A stretch of DNA of 29,513 nt from a virus (lineage: Duplodnaviria; Caudoviricetes). The position numbers and the translations under genes were made by a program. Where the stretch lies: the IMG/VR virus record IMGVR_UViG_3300032103_000051, positions 1-29,513 of that record; one strand, written 5' to 3'. The notes beneath the pieces are model-generated. The model saw only the letters and a program-made list of their open reading frames with translations. It was not told the origin of the DNA and did no database searches. This document shows, piece after piece, positions 4,865-13,637 of the stretch. Every line of letters starts with the position of its first letter. The stretch's first letter is position 1.

Positions 4865-6061
4865 GTGCTGATACAGCCGCAAATCGCCCGTGCCTTCACG
4901 CCTCTTCTCCCGCCGCGCCGGTTCAAAGGCGCGAAGGGCGGGAGAGGTGGGGCCAAATCGCATTTTTTTGCAGAAATGTTGCTCATGCGTGCCCTGTCCG
5001 GGCACACCCGGGCAGTGTGCGGACGTGAAGTTCAAAACAGTATTGCTGATTCCGTCAAACAGTTGATTGAAGATAAAATCCAGCATCATGGCCTAGTGAG
5101 CCATTTTCGGATCACGGACAACGAGATAACATATAGCAAAACCAATAGCTTGTTCGTGTTTCGCGGTTTGCGGAATCATACTGTTGCGTCAATCAAGTCT
5201 CTTGAGGGCTTCAATGTCCTGTGGCTTGAAGAGGCTCAAACCATAAGCCAAAAGTCACTCGACTTGGCTATACCTACGTTTCGCGCTCCGGGTGCGGAGA
5301 TTTGGGCGAGTTGGAACCCGTATAAGGCGACAGATCCAATCGACAAGATGTTTCGCGATGGCGAAGGCGACGAGGATTTCGCCTGCGTCACGGTCAATTA
5401 CTGGGATAATCCTTGGTTCCCTGACGAGCTAAGAAAAGACATGGAGCGCGACAAGATCCGCGATCCTGACAAGTATGCGCATGTGTGGTGCGGTGAGTAT
5501 ATACAGAACACCGAAGCAAGAGTGTTCCGCAATTGGACTGTTGATCAGTTCGACACGCCAACAAATGCACGATTTTACTTTGGCGCGGACTGGGGATTCG
5601 CGAATGACCCGACTGTTCTTGTTCGATGCTTTATTGCCGGGCGCAAGATCTTTGTGGATCAAGAAGTGTGCCAAGTCGGATGCGCTATTGATGCGACGCC
5701 GCGTCTATTCGATCGCATCCCCGGCGCTCGTGAATGGCAGATCACGGCGGACAGCGCGCGGCCTGAGACTATCGACTACATGCGCAGGCATGGTTATCCG
5801 CGCATTGTGCCGGCACTGAAAGGTCAAGATAGCGTCAAGGATGGCGTCGAATTTCTCAAGTCTTACGATATTGTTGTTCATCCGAGATGCGAAAACACGA
5901 TTCGCGAATTGAGGATGTATTCTTACGAGACCGACAAGCAGACAGGCGAGATATTGCCTATACTTGCCGACCGTGATAACCATGTGATAGATTCCCTGCG
6001 ATATGCGCTGGAATCACTCCGGCGTGCTTCGCGTGTGTCGGTCGAGCCTTTGAGGATCTGA
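4865..6061 (+). CDS. terL: Terminase large subunit, PBSX/SPP1-like family
   Basis: Walker A GGRGGAKS, REVQNSIADS, Walker B VLWLEEA, SWNP, nuclease motifs GADWGFANDP, ADSARP and NHVIDSLRYA. Confidence 0.95.
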   Translation: MLIQPQIARAFTPLLPPRRFKGAKGGRGGAKSHFFAEMLLMRALSGHTRAVCGREVQNSIADSVKQLIEDKIQHHGLVSHFRITDNEITYSKTNSLFVFRGLRNHTVASIKSLEGFNVLWLEEAQTISQKSLDLAIPTFRAPGAEIWASWNPYKATDPIDKMFRDGEGDEDFACVTVNYWDNPWFPDELRKDMERDKIRDPDKYAHVWCGEYIQNTEARVFRNWTVDQFDTPTNARFYFGADWGFANDPTVLVRCFIAGRKIFVDQEVCQVGCAIDATPRLFDRIPGAREWQITADSARPETIDYMRRHGYPRIVPALKGQDSVKDGVEFLKSYDIVVHPRCENTIRELRMYSYETDKQTGEILPILADRDNHVIDSLRYALESLRRASRVSVEPLRI

Positions 6062-6118
6062 TTTTATGCAGGCTGATTTTAGGGATCGACCATGGCCGGC
6101 GCTGGGTGAGGCGAAGAC

Positions 6119-7546
6119 GTGATGCAAAAGCGCGACATTTCGACGCCTCATCCGGACGCGGCGGCCATGCATGAGGATATTCGTCTCGCTCGCACATTGT
6201 GGGGAGGGACGGAAGCAATGCGCAAGGCCGGCAAGTTGTACCTGCCAAAAGAGCCTGCTGAGGATGAAGAGGCATACCGCGACAGGCTAAATCGATCAGT
6301 ATTGTTTAATGCACTTGGCAAAACCGTCAAAGATATGGTCGGGCGAGTCTTCTCCAAAGACATTGTTCTTGGAAGTGACGTTCCGCCGTTGCTTGCTCAA
6401 TACTCGGAAAATGTCGATCTAACTGGGTGCAATATTTCAGTATTCGCGTCAGATGCGTTTCGTAATGCGCTTATCGACGGAATCGCCTATGTCCTGACCG
6501 ACGCGCCCGCCGGCGAAGGTGCAACGCGAGCAAATCAGGGTCGCCCGTATTGGGTTCTTTTGATGGCTGATCAGATTATCGGCTGGACATCTGAAACCTA
6601 TCAGGATTCGGTCCGGCTCACTTCGTTTCGCTTTTATGAGACGGTCGATGTTCGCGATGGCTATCATATTGATCGCGTTACGCAAATTCGCGTTCTTATC
6701 CCGTTCGGGTATGAGGTCTGGCGACAAAACGAAAAAAACGAATGGATTCTTGCGGAAGCGGGTTCGCGTGATATGGAAGAAATTCCTGTTTCGCCGATCT
6801 ATCTCAACCGCAATGCCTACATGACCGGTAGTCCGCCGCTGCAAGATCTGTGTGATTTGAATGTGGCGCACTGGCAGTCCGCATCGGATCAGCGCAATAT
6901 CTTGCATGTTGCGCGCGTGCCAATTCTGTTCGGGTCCGGGTTTGCCGAGGATGCAGGGATAACGGTTGGCGCCTCAAGCATGACTCGTGCCAGCGATCCG
7001 GCCGCAAAGCTCATGTATGTTGAGCATTCGGGCGCGGCGATTGGCGCGGGCCGTGAGGATCTGCAAGACCTTGAAACGCGAATGCAGGCCATGGGTTTGC
7101 AATTGCTTGTCGATCAGTCCGGACGCAGTGCGACGGGCGAAAATAGAGACAACGTAAAAGAAAATTCTATTCTTGCCGGATACGTTGGCGCGCTGAAGGA
7201 TGGTCTTGAAAATGCGCTGATGCACATGGCTGAAATGGCGTCTCTGCCTGATGGTGGATCGCTGGTCATCAACAAAGACTTCGGCATTGCGATTGGTGAC
7301 GTTAACGACATCAATGCGATCCTGACTGCCTACCGTGACAAAGTCATCAGCCACGAAACTGCGCTGAATGAGCTTTTGCGCCGTGGTTTTATTTCAGATA
7401 GCGTAGACACGCAAGAAGAAATGGACCGCGTAGCAGAGGATTCGCTTGCCGCGATTGAAGACGCGCAAGCAACGGCGGATGCACAAATCGGAAGTGATCC
7501 GGGCGGGATGTCCGATCAAAATGGCGGGATGCTAAACAATGCTTAA
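6119..7546 (+). CDS. Portal protein (DUF4055-like)
   Basis: 475 aa directly after TerL. GGTEAMRKAG..YLPK..E...Y..RL and PPL.DL..LN.AHWQ motifs are typical of this portal family. Confidence 0.88.
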   Translation: MMQKRDISTPHPDAAAMHEDIRLARTLWGGTEAMRKAGKLYLPKEPAEDEEAYRDRLNRSVLFNALGKTVKDMVGRVFSKDIVLGSDVPPLLAQYSENVDLTGCNISVFASDAFRNALIDGIAYVLTDAPAGEGATRANQGRPYWVLLMADQIIGWTSETYQDSVRLTSFRFYETVDVRDGYHIDRVTQIRVLIPFGYEVWRQNEKNEWILAEAGSRDMEEIPVSPIYLNRNAYMTGSPPLQDLCDLNVAHWQSASDQRNILHVARVPILFGSGFAEDAGITVGASSMTRASDPAAKLMYVEHSGAAIGAGREDLQDLETRMQAMGLQLLVDQSGRSATGENRDNVKENSILAGYVGALKDGLENALMHMAEMASLPDGGSLVINKDFGIAIGDVNDINAILTAYRDKVISHETALNELLRRGFISDSVDTQEEMDRVAEDSLAAIEDAQATADAQIGSDPGGMSDQNGGMLNNA

Positions 7547-8273
7547 GTTTACTGTAGATGATCTTGCGGCCGTGCCGGCTGAGGCTCACAATTTCTACGA
7601 AAAGACCGATGCCGGATACCGGCTCAAGGTCGAAGGCGTCGAAGATGTCAGCGGCCTCAAGAGCGCCCTCGCGAAGGAGCGCGAAGCGGCGAAGGTTGCT
7701 CGCCAGTATCAGGCGCTCGGCATGACGCCTGAGGAAATCGCGCAGATCAAAGCCGAGCGGGAAAAGGGTGAGGAAGAGCGCGCACGCAAGGCGGGGGAGT
7801 TTGACAAGCTGCGCGAAAAGATCGCAGCACAGCATCAGGCCGAGATTGCAAGTATCCGCGCCGAAATGGAAGCAATCGCCAAGTCTGAGCAAGAAGCGCG
7901 AATCGTCAATGGCCTGACTTCTGCGCTTAGTGAGGCCGGGGCATCGGCTGAGGGCTTGAAGCTCTTGCCGGGGATTTTGGCCAGCCGCGCCAAGATGGAA
8001 ACAGTAGACGGCAAGCGTGTCGTGCGTATACTTGACGCGGACGGTTCTGCCATGCTAGTAAAAGGCAAGGATGCGACATTTGCTGATCTTGCGGCATCTG
8101 TGGCAAATGAATATCCGTCGCTATTCAAGGCGACGACCAAGGCCGGAAGCGGGACGCAGACGGCAACGGCAGGCGCGGGAAGCGCTGCGAAAACTGTCAC
8201 ACGTTCCCAGTTTGACTCCATGAGCCCCCTTGAGCGGTCAAGGCTTCGTGGTGTCAAAATCGTTGATGGCTAA
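7539..8273 (+). CDS. Capsid scaffolding protein
   Basis: Charged coiled-coil protein (DVSGLKSALAKER, GEFDKL, GSG tail) between portal and capsid. Confidence 0.8.
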   Translation: MLKFTVDDLAAVPAEAHNFYEKTDAGYRLKVEGVEDVSGLKSALAKEREAAKVARQYQALGMTPEEIAQIKAEREKGEEERARKAGEFDKLREKIAAQHQAEIASIRAEMEAIAKSEQEARIVNGLTSALSEAGASAEGLKLLPGILASRAKMETVDGKRVVRILDADGSAMLVKGKDATFADLAASVANEYPSLFKATTKAGSGTQTATAGAGSAAKTVTRSQFDSMSPLERSRLRGVKIVDG

Positions 8274-8287
8274 GGAGGCCTCAACAA

Positions 8288-9436
8288 ATGGCCAATACTC
8301 TTACCAGCCTTATTCCGGACTTCACCGAGGCGATGGATATTGTTTCGCGTGAAATGGTCGGCATGATTCCTGCCGTTCGCCGGGATGCTCGTCTTGATCG
8401 CGTGGCCCTCAACCAGAATGTTATCATTCCGGTTACTCGTGCTGCCGGCGCCAATGCAACCAATACTCCGGGTCTGTATGCTCCGGATACTGGCGATGAT
8501 ACTGTCGATAACGTGCAGGTCACCATCAACAAGTCCAAGCATCAGCCGATCCGGTTCAACGGCGAGGAAACGCTCGGTCTTGTCAATTCCGGCATTTACT
8601 CGTCGGTCATGGCTGATCGAACTGCACAGGCCATCCGCGCGCTCGTGAACGAGATTGAGGCCGATCTTTGGGTCGCGGGCTATACCGGTTCGTCGCGTGC
8701 CTATGGCACCGCCGGCACGGCGCCATTTGGTACGGCTGGCGATCTGTCTGATTTTGCCGGCGTCGCGCAGATCCTCGACGAAAACGGCACTCCGACTTCG
8801 GACCGCCAGCTGGTGCTGGGTCACTCGGCTATCGCCAATCTGCGCGGCAAACAGTCCGTGCTGTTCAAGGTCAATGAGGCCGGATCGGCGGACATGCTGC
8901 GTAATGGCATGACTGACCGAATCCAGAACATGGCTATTCGCCACTCGCATCAGGTCGGCATCCATACCAAGGGAACGGGCGCCAGCTATCAGCTTTCGGC
9001 GGCTGGTACTGTTGGTGCGACTGGCATCGCGGTTGACACCGGTTCTGGCACGGTGCTTGCTGGCGATATTGTCACGATTGCTGGCACCTCGACCAAGTAC
9101 GTGGTCAATACCGGCATCGCGGCGGCTGGCACGTTCTATATCGGCGCTCCAGGCCTGCGCGCAGCCGAAGCCGATAACGACGCCGTGACGGTTGGCAATA
9201 ATTACACTGCTAACCTTGCGTTCGACCGCTCGGCTATCGTGCTTGCCTCGCGCATGCCTGCGATGCCGGCTGGTGGCGACAATGCGTCGGATGTTACGTC
9301 TCTGACTGATCCGGTGTCCGGCCTGACTTTCGAGTTCGCGCTGTATAAGCAGTTCTTGCAGACTGTCGTGCATGTGCGGCTCGCGTGGGGCGTCAAGGCG
9401 ATCAAGCCTAACCACATTGCGCTCTTGCTTGGTTGA
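8288..9436 (+). CDS. Major capsid protein (P22 coat-like HK97 fold)
   Basis: 382 aa, strong AAGGAGG RBS, highly biased codons, MANTLTSLIP start and WGVKAIKPNHIALLLG end. Followed by a terminator. Confidence 0.9.
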   Translation: MANTLTSLIPDFTEAMDIVSREMVGMIPAVRRDARLDRVALNQNVIIPVTRAAGANATNTPGLYAPDTGDDTVDNVQVTINKSKHQPIRFNGEETLGLVNSGIYSSVMADRTAQAIRALVNEIEADLWVAGYTGSSRAYGTAGTAPFGTAGDLSDFAGVAQILDENGTPTSDRQLVLGHSAIANLRGKQSVLFKVNEAGSADMLRNGMTDRIQNMAIRHSHQVGIHTKGTGASYQLSAAGTVGATGIAVDTGSGTVLAGDIVTIAGTSTKYVVNTGIAAAGTFYIGAPGLRAAEADNDAVTVGNNYTANLAFDRSAIVLASRMPAMPAGGDNASDVTSLTDPVSGLTFEFALYKQFLQTVVHVRLAWGVKAIKPNHIALLLG

Positions 9437-9461
9437 TCTTGCCCAAGATCAATGCGACAAT

Positions 9462-9487
9462 GAGGGCGGGATTTTCCCGCTCTTTTT
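9462..9487 (+). terminator. Rho-independent terminator after the capsid gene
   Basis: GAGGGCGGGA-TTT-TCCCGCTCTT followed by Ts. Confidence 0.7.
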
Positions 9488-9504
9488 GCTTGAGGGGCCA
9501 AGTA

Positions 9505-9690
9505 ATGGATGAGCTAGAGACAGTCGTCGTTCAATCGGCTAGTGGATGGGTCCGAATTAATCTTTCGGATTTTGATCCGGCGGTGCATGTGCTGTATGAT
9601 GATGGCGTGCCGCGACCGGTCGAGACTGTGACGCCTGAACCTGTCGCGCCGGTCCTGCGCACGCGGGGACGTCCGCCGAAGGTGAGGTAA
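9505..9690 (+). CDS. Small head-region hypothetical protein (61 aa)
   Basis: Internal ATG of track ORF 9433..9690 with a GAGGGG RBS. IN.SDFDP..H motif and RGRP tail. Confidence 0.65.
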   Translation: MDELETVVVQSASGWVRINLSDFDPAVHVLYDDGVPRPVETVTPEPVAPVLRTRGRPPKVR

Positions 9691-9694
9691 TGAC

Positions 9695-10207
9695 ATGGCA
9701 CTCATCACCACGATTGGCGGACCTGATTCCAATAGCTATGGCACTCTAGCCGAGGCTGATGCTTACTTCGCGGCGCGGGTACAGAACAATTGGGACGGAT
9801 CAGACAGCCACAAAGAAATGGCACTGATTCGCGCGGCGCAATACTTGGATAATTCCTATCGTGGTCGATGGAAAGGTCAGCGGGTCTTTTTGGAGCAGGC
9901 CCTTGCTTGGCCTCGTGCTTGGATCACGGATAGCGACGGTTACGACGTATCGAGCGCCGCAATCCCTCGCCAGATCAAGTATGCGCAGTTCGAAGCGGCC
10001 TATCTGATCGCAAATGGCACGATTCTTGAAACGACAATAGATCGGGCTGTGAAGCGTGAACAAGTTGGACAGTTGTCGGTAGAGTACATGGACGGCGCTA
10101 GCGCAATCGCGCAGTATCCGCAGATCACTGGGTGGCTCACTGATCTGGTGACGGGCGGCACGTCGGTGGGTGGCTCATTCGGCAATGCGCGTGTGGTGCG
10201 GTCATGA
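9695..10207 (+). CDS. Head-tail adaptor (DnaT-like/SPP1 gp15-type)
   Basis: NSY.TLAEADAYF, AL.RA..YLD, QAL.WPR, IP..IK.AQ.E.A and VKRE.VG.L.VEY motifs. Position after the capsid gene. Confidence 0.8.
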   Translation: MALITTIGGPDSNSYGTLAEADAYFAARVQNNWDGSDSHKEMALIRAAQYLDNSYRGRWKGQRVFLEQALAWPRAWITDSDGYDVSSAAIPRQIKYAQFEAAYLIANGTILETTIDRAVKREQVGQLSVEYMDGASAIAQYPQITGWLTDLVTGGTSVGGSFGNARVVRS

Positions 10208-10557
10208 CATTTGACTACGTTCGGTCCTCCGCGACGGCTCACCGGCTGATCACCCGATTCGGCTGGGCGGCGATATTGCGGCGTATCGCCAACTCTGGCG
10301 ACGGCTGGAATCCGGCGCAGTCGAATACTGACTATACTGTGACATGCGCTGTCATGCAGTACGCCACGCGGGAGATTGACGGCACGCTTGTTCAGGCTGG
10401 CGACCGGCGAATTATCATTTCTCCGAATGGATTGGAGATCGAGCCGACAACGCGGGACAAGCTGATTGTGGGCGGTGAGACATACCAGATCTTGAGGGTC
10501 GAGAAGATGGCGCCGGCTGGAACGGCGGTCTATTACGAGGCGCAGTGCCGTGCCTGA
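10204..10557 (+). CDS. Head closure/head-tail joining protein
   Basis: 117 aa, IDGTLVQAGDRRI motif, ATGA overlap with the upstream gene. Confidence 0.75.
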   Translation: MTFDYVRSSATAHRLITRFGWAAILRRIANSGDGWNPAQSNTDYTVTCAVMQYATREIDGTLVQAGDRRIIISPNGLEIEPTTRDKLIVGGETYQILRVEKMAPAGTAVYYEAQCRA

Positions 10558-11593
10558 TATCGTCGATAATGTCATGGGGCTATTTAAATTCCATTCAGAC
10601 AAAATCTGGAAGGCTTTCAAACGCGCGTTTGACCGTATTCGTAACGAGGCAATATTGTCTGACTTGGCGGACGCCATCAGGCGCAAAGACTACATCACGG
10701 CCATTCAGGCAGTGCGCATCGAGCCGCAGGTTTTTGATGAATTTTTAAATGAGATTCGCCAGTCTGTGTTTTCGGCTGGCAATCATGTTGCAGACGTTAT
10801 TAGCAGAATGCGAGATGCCGCAGGCAAGAAGCTTGTGTTTCGCTTTGGCGTGCGCAATGCGCGGGCCGAAAACTTCATGCGCGCTCAATCCGGTGAAAAA
10901 ATTGTTGGGGACCTGATCGAGGAACAGCGTCGGCTGGTGCGAGACACGCTGACCAGTGGCCTAGAGCGCGGCGACAACCCGAATCGGGTGGCACTAGATG
11001 TAGTGGGCCGGATCAATAAGGAGACCGGCAAGCGTGAAGGTGGCGTGCTTGGCCTGTCTGATCAATTTGCCAAATATGTCGCCAATGCGCGTGATGAATT
11101 GGAGCGCGGCGATTACAAGGCCTACCTCACTCGGGATCGACGTGATAAGCGGTTTGACCGCACGATTCAGAAGGCGATTCGGGAAGGTCGCAGTCTGACG
11201 AAAGATCAGATCGCAAAGATTACTGGTCAGTATTCGGAGCGATTGCTTGCACTCCGTGGTGAGACTATTGCCAGAACTGAGGCGATGTCTAGCCTAGCGT
11301 TCGGCAAGGCCGAGGCGATCCGGCAATTGATCGAGTCTGGGAAGGTTCGTGCCGATCAGGTCAAAAAGACATGGCAAGCGACAAATGATCGCAGGACGCG
11401 GGATACTCATCTGCGCTTGCATGGCGAGACGCTGCCCTATTCTTTGCCGTTTACTTCTCTTTCCGGAGCGCGACTGATGTATCCGATGGACCGCAGCCTA
11501 GGGGCGAGCGGCGCAGAAATCATCAATTGCCGCTGCAACATTAAGTATCGCATCGATTGGATCGGTAATTATCTGGCCGAGGATGCGACATAA
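10550..11593 (+). CDS. Minor head/head morphogenesis protein (Mu gpF, SPP1 gp7-like)
   Basis: IARTE, K.W.AT.D.RTR.TH..L.G and E.INCRC motifs. Confidence 0.88.
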   Translation: MPDIVDNVMGLFKFHSDKIWKAFKRAFDRIRNEAILSDLADAIRRKDYITAIQAVRIEPQVFDEFLNEIRQSVFSAGNHVADVISRMRDAAGKKLVFRFGVRNARAENFMRAQSGEKIVGDLIEEQRRLVRDTLTSGLERGDNPNRVALDVVGRINKETGKREGGVLGLSDQFAKYVANARDELERGDYKAYLTRDRRDKRFDRTIQKAIREGRSLTKDQIAKITGQYSERLLALRGETIARTEAMSSLAFGKAEAIRQLIESGKVRADQVKKTWQATNDRRTRDTHLRLHGETLPYSLPFTSLSGARLMYPMDRSLGASGAEIINCRCNIKYRIDWIGNYLAEDAT

Positions 11594-12009
11594 TGAGTAA
11601 ATTCACAGTCGCCATTGATAACTTTGTCGTCGATACAAAGGCTAAGCTTGAGGCGGTCTGGAAACAGTCGGTGCAAGATACATTTGATCTTGTTCTAGAT
11701 AAATGGCCGGTTGACACTGGTTTTTCTCGTAAATCGTTTGTAGCGTCAACTTCAGGATGGGCGCCAATCACAAGTGAAGTCCGCGACCCTAAAGCAACAT
11801 ACCAGATCAATTATGATGATCTGACCGTTGCAATTGCCGGGGCTGAGCTTGGAGAGACGATTTACGGGAATTTCACTGCAAATTATGCTGTGTATATTGA
11901 GTACGGCTCGAACGGGCGCGCCGGTCGCGGCCTAGTGCGGATGGCTGCCATGGCGTGGCCTCAGACCGTCGCAAAGAATGTGCAAAGGCTGAAAAAATGG
12001 GCAATCTAG
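11593..12009 (+). CDS. HK97 gp10-like neck/tail completion protein
   Basis: PVDTG..R.S and YA.YIEYG motifs. Confidence 0.75.
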   Translation: MSKFTVAIDNFVVDTKAKLEAVWKQSVQDTFDLVLDKWPVDTGFSRKSFVASTSGWAPITSEVRDPKATYQINYDDLTVAIAGAELGETIYGNFTANYAVYIEYGSNGRAGRGLVRMAAMAWPQTVAKNVQRLKKWAI

Positions 12010-12398
12010 CTGACGTGATTGATAGCCTGATGCAGGTGATTGCCGATATCGGAGCGGCTGAATCAGTTGCCGTTGCATGGGAAAATGTTGCTCATCCCGG
12101 AACCGTGCCGCGTATCGAGGTGCAGACGCTCGGAACTGTGGCCGAAACTGCCGAATTGTCGAGTGGTGTCGTGCAAGTGTCTGGACTCCTGCAATGCACT
12201 GTAGTAGTTTCTGCAACAACTGGCTCTATCCGGGCCAATGAGATTGCAAGTTCTGTGGCGGCTGCATTTGCCTCTACTGTGAGGCTATACCAACCGCAAA
12301 TCAGATTTAGGCCGGCTCAACTTGGTCCGGGTCTGCCTGATGGCGATGAATTCCGACTGCCGGTCTCTGTCCGGTGGGTGGCTACTTTGGAGGGCTGA
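11997..12398 (+). CDS. Tail terminator-like protein
   Basis: Internal ATG (MGNLADV...) of track ORF 11955..12398. VAWEN and PVSVRW motifs. Directly before the tail tube gene. Confidence 0.65.
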   Translation: MGNLADVIDSLMQVIADIGAAESVAVAWENVAHPGTVPRIEVQTLGTVAETAELSSGVVQVSGLLQCTVVVSATTGSIRANEIASSVAAAFASTVRLYQPQIRFRPAQLGPGLPDGDEFRLPVSVRWVATLEG

Positions 12399-12400
12399 AC

Positions 12401-12901
12401 ATGCCGAGCAAGGCCGTAATGGGCGGGACTAAGGTCTATATCGCCATCACTTCGGGGACTACTCCCAGTCCGCAGGTCGATGATCTTGATGCCACTGCTT
12501 TTGCCGCGCTGACGTGGCTTGAGATTTCTGGCGTTGGCAGCATTGGCGAGTTTGGTGTTAACACCAATGTCATTTCTTACGACACCCTTGCGGATACCGT
12601 GACTTATAAGCAAAAGGGCATCACCAATGCTGGTGACCCGGTGCTGGAAGTGGCGCGCAGCCGAACTGATGACGGTCAGGATGCGCTCCGGGTGGCGGGT
12701 GTGCCGTCGTTCCGTGAGCCTTGTGCCTTCAAGATCCTGTACGATGACACTGACACTTCGGGCGGAACAAAGACTGTGTCTTACCTGCGCGGGATCGTTG
12801 TTGGTCCTGTGACTCCGGGCGGGCGCAACGAAGACTTCGTGCTGGACAACTATACGCTGGGGCTGGTTCAGCTTCCTGTCACTGTGCTGGGGTCGTCCTG
12901 A
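12401..12901 (+). CDS. Major tail tube protein
   Basis: GGAGGG RBS. W.EI..VGSIGEFG, KQKG..NAGD and D.GQ.ALR motifs are typical of siphovirus tube proteins. Confidence 0.85.
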   Translation: MPSKAVMGGTKVYIAITSGTTPSPQVDDLDATAFAALTWLEISGVGSIGEFGVNTNVISYDTLADTVTYKQKGITNAGDPVLEVARSRTDDGQDALRVAGVPSFREPCAFKILYDDTDTSGGTKTVSYLRGIVVGPVTPGGRNEDFVLDNYTLGLVQLPVTVLGSS

Positions 12902-13281
12902 TGGATCTTGCAACCCTCGTTCTCCCCACTGTCACGATTGACATTCTCCACCCGGCAACTGGCGAGCCGACCGGCCTGCGGATTACCTTGCGCCACAAGG
13001 ATTGTCCGCAGGTAAAGAGCGTCGTCAAGAAGTATACGCAGAAGCTCATTACTTCGCGGCGCCAGAGATTGACTGTCGATGAGCTGACGGAGCAGGAAAT
13101 TGAAATCCTGATCGCAGTCGTCGAATCGTGGGAGTGGGGCGGGTCCGCCAAGTGGCACGGGAAAAAGCCGGACATCAGTGAGGTTCGGGCCGTGCTTTCG
13201 GAGCCGGGAGCGGCCTTCATCCGTCAACAGATCGACGATTCACTGAGTGATGCTAACCTTTTTACGAATGCCTCCGCGTAA
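12901..13281 (+). CDS. Tail assembly chaperone (gpG-like)
   Basis: HP.TGEP.G..I motif, ends NLF at a T-run, lies between tube and tape measure genes. Confidence 0.8.
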   Translation: MDLATLVLPTVTIDILHPATGEPTGLRITLRHKDCPQVKSVVKKYTQKLITSRRQRLTVDELTEQEIEILIAVVESWEWGGSAKWHGKKPDISEVRAVLSEPGAAFIRQQIDDSLSDANLFTNASA

Positions 13282-13637
13282 GTCTGGCGGGGGCTGTAAA
13301 GCATCACGTCAGGTATAATACCTTGGGCGCGGACGGTCGGACAAGATCTGACCGCAACCGCGCCTTTGGTGTTTCTGTGCCTGAGATAGACTTTCCGGAT
13401 GGGTTTGAATATCTGTGGGAGATCTTTTGGGAGGTCCGTCTAACCTGTCCGATGGGGTTTGACGCGCCTCAAGCCATGAGGCCGCGCGATATTCTGGATT
13501 GGCAGTCTGTTTCAGGTGATGTAGTATCGCCTGATGATTATAGGACTTTGCTTGCTATGGATCAGGCTTATCTTGAAGCATGGCGAGAAGAAGCCGAGAA
13601 TAACGCAGCAATAGAGCGGGCAAAAACCAATGGCTGA
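13260..13637 (+). CDS. Tail assembly chaperone extension (gpGT-like, -1 frameshift product)
   Basis: The -1 frame is open from the CCTTTTT run (13257-13263) through track ORF 13323..13637, which has only a TTG start and no good RBS. Confidence 0.7.
   Translation, partial: FYECLRVSLAGAVKHHVRYNTLGADGRTRSDRNRAFGVSVPEIDFPDGFEYLWEIFWEVRLTCPMGFDAPQAMRPRDILDWQSVSGDVVSPDDYRTLLAMDQAYLEAWREEAENNAAIERAKTNG

Noticed and set aside
8270-9415. 381-aa antisense ORF over the capsid gene, and similar long antisense ORFs over tail genes
   Set aside because: Expected shadow of strongly biased GC-rich codon usage, with no motifs or RBS.
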